Shown here: positions 24,050-24,931 of the stretch, one piece after another
Layout: every line of letters begins with the position of its first letter
How positions within the stretch are numbered: the stretch's first letter is position 1
DNA from: a virus
Lineage: Duplodnaviria > Caudoviricetes
Direction: 5' to 3' (one strand)
DNA length: 24,931 bases
Virus record (IMG/VR): IMGVR_UViG_3300035179_000699
Span: 1-24,931 of that record
Made by a program: the position numbers and the translations under genes
Notes under the pieces: model-generated
The model's database searches: none
Told to the model about the DNA's origin: nothing
The model's input: only the letters and a program-made list of their open reading frames with translations

Positions 24050-24071
24050 CCGGAGCCCGAAAGGGCTCTGG
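24050..24071 (+). other. 5'-UTR GAAA-tetraloop hairpin
   Basis: CCGGAGCCC-GAAA-GGGCTCTGG (9 bp, one G-U) just before the RBS GGAGGT and ATG 24090. Confidence 0.6.
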
Positions 24072-24089
24072 AATGCGGAGGTCGAGAGA

Positions 24090-24581
24090 ATGATGAACAC
24101 GGACGGGCCGAGCGCCCCAGGAAACAGCGCCTACGGTTTTTCGAAAGCAGAGACGACCCAGATCACCCGGGGGATGATTGAGGGTGAAGAGGAGCTCCTC
24201 GTCAACCCGGAGCTCGCCCCGAGATCCCAGCTGGACTTCATCGGCTGGGTCTTCGAGAACTACAAGCGGGTCTTCGGCCGGGAGGTCTACCCGACCGGGG
24301 CCAAGCCGATCAAGGCCCCCAGGGTCGAGGGCATGAACATCTACGCCGCCGAGGCCTTCGGTGGCCAGTACATGGCCGCCTGGTCGAGTTACGACGGCCG
24401 GTTCATCGGCTGGATGTGGTACTCGCCGGCGCTGAGCCCGATAGACCACACCTACGCCGTCGGGAAGGTCAACGGCAAGCCCGTCTTCGGCGACATGGTC
24501 GCGCACTGCATTCGCCGGGCGCCGGTCAAGGCCTTCGTGACAGCGCTCAAGGAAACCATCGTCTTCATGAAGGTGGTCTGA
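24090..24581 (+). CDS. Hypothetical protein (163 aa)
   Basis: GGAGGT RBS before ATG 24090. Codon bias is GC3-rich only from here, so the track start at 23661 is rejected. Confidence 0.78.
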   Translation: MMNTDGPSAPGNSAYGFSKAETTQITRGMIEGEEELLVNPELAPRSQLDFIGWVFENYKRVFGREVYPTGAKPIKAPRVEGMNIYAAEAFGGQYMAAWSSYDGRFIGWMWYSPALSPIDHTYAVGKVNGKPVFGDMVAHCIRRAPVKAFVTALKETIVFMKVV

Positions 24582-24815
24582 ATGGAGACCGCAATGATAA
24601 TGTCCGAGGGCTCCAATCCCGCACCCGAGCACGGGGTTGCTCGGGAGGTGAGACGGATTAAATCCCGCACCACGAAATATGACCCGGATACACCCCAGGG
24701 TGAGGAGACATACCACCGCTGGAGCAAGAAGCACTACGGCCACAATGTCATCAAGGCCGGCCTCCATGTCTGGCAGTGTGTGACCTGCCAGGCTTATCTC
24801 GAGGAGGTGGTCTGA
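24582..24815 (+). CDS. Small His/Cys zinc-finger-like protein
   Basis: H..GH...WQCVTC motif; AGGTGG RBS overlapping the upstream stop. Confidence 0.65.
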   Translation: METAMIMSEGSNPAPEHGVAREVRRIKSRTTKYDPDTPQGEETYHRWSKKHYGHNVIKAGLHVWQCVTCQAYLEEVV

Positions 24816-24931
24816 ATGCCCCGCATGACCTACGAGGAGCACCTCGCCGCCCAGCGCAAGGCCGCGGCCCAGGCCCCGCTCACGGGCTTCGTCCAGGGCG
24901 GCAAGAAGCACGGCGCAGCCACGGACCCGCA
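24816..24931 (+). CDS. Hypothetical protein (partial, runs off the window)
   Basis: GAGGAGGTGG RBS; MPRMTYEEHLAAQRKAAAQAPLTGFVQGGKKH... Confidence 0.65.
   Translation, partial: MPRMTYEEHLAAQRKAAAQAPLTGFVQGGKKHGAATDP

Larger units (their letters stand above)
1..24931 (+). mobile_element. Tailed dsDNA virus/provirus segment (Caudoviricetes, siphovirus-like), probably archaeal
   Basis: Canonical order terS-terL-portal-protease/scaffold-MCP-neck-tail tube-TAC-TMP-tail tip with tightly coupled genes. No sheath gene, integrase or att site is visible. GGTGA-type RBSs and BRE/TATA elements are present. Confidence 0.93.

Noticed and set aside
23661-24089. N-terminal half of the 306-aa ORF
   Set aside because: It is antisense to the AbrB-like gene and crosses promoter elements; the real start is probably ATG 24090.
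1-24931. CRISPR array, tRNA, rRNA, integrase, tail sheath, endolysin
   Set aside because: None was recognised by eye; a tRNAscan/Infernal/HMM run would be needed to exclude divergent cases.

Overview
The window is a continuous piece of a tailed dsDNA virus or provirus (Caudoviricetes). It is siphovirus-like: a tail tube gene is present and no sheath gene is seen. The + strand runs ParB-like protein, small ORFs, TerS, TerL, an RHH-like protein, a portal-MuF fusion, a DUF2213-like protease-scaffold, a cement protein, an encapsulin-like major capsid protein, neck genes, tail tube, tail assembly chaperone with a +1 frameshift, tape measure, Dit-like and Tal/hub-like proteins. A low-GC membrane 'moron', an AbrB-like regulator and a new rightward operon follow. 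GGTGA/GAGGTG ribosome-binding sites, BRE-TATA promoters, a C/D-type kink-turn and a Thermoplasmata-style C-terminal zinc ribbon point to an archaeal host, possibly Thermoplasmatota (inference). The most unusual features are: (1) no separate fibre gene, with beta-solenoid or adhesin-like domains fused instead to the tail terminator, Dit and Tal proteins; (2) a PAGK-x(2-3)-APGANA-x3-IP motif shared by the portal-MuF linker and the scaffold tail, suggesting an Asn-directed maturation system; (3) an intergenic C/D-box K-turn RNA; (4) a UCC_UUU_CGC +1 frameshift; (5) a candidate pac repeat cluster inside terS. All family calls come from motif recognition and gene order, not from database searches.
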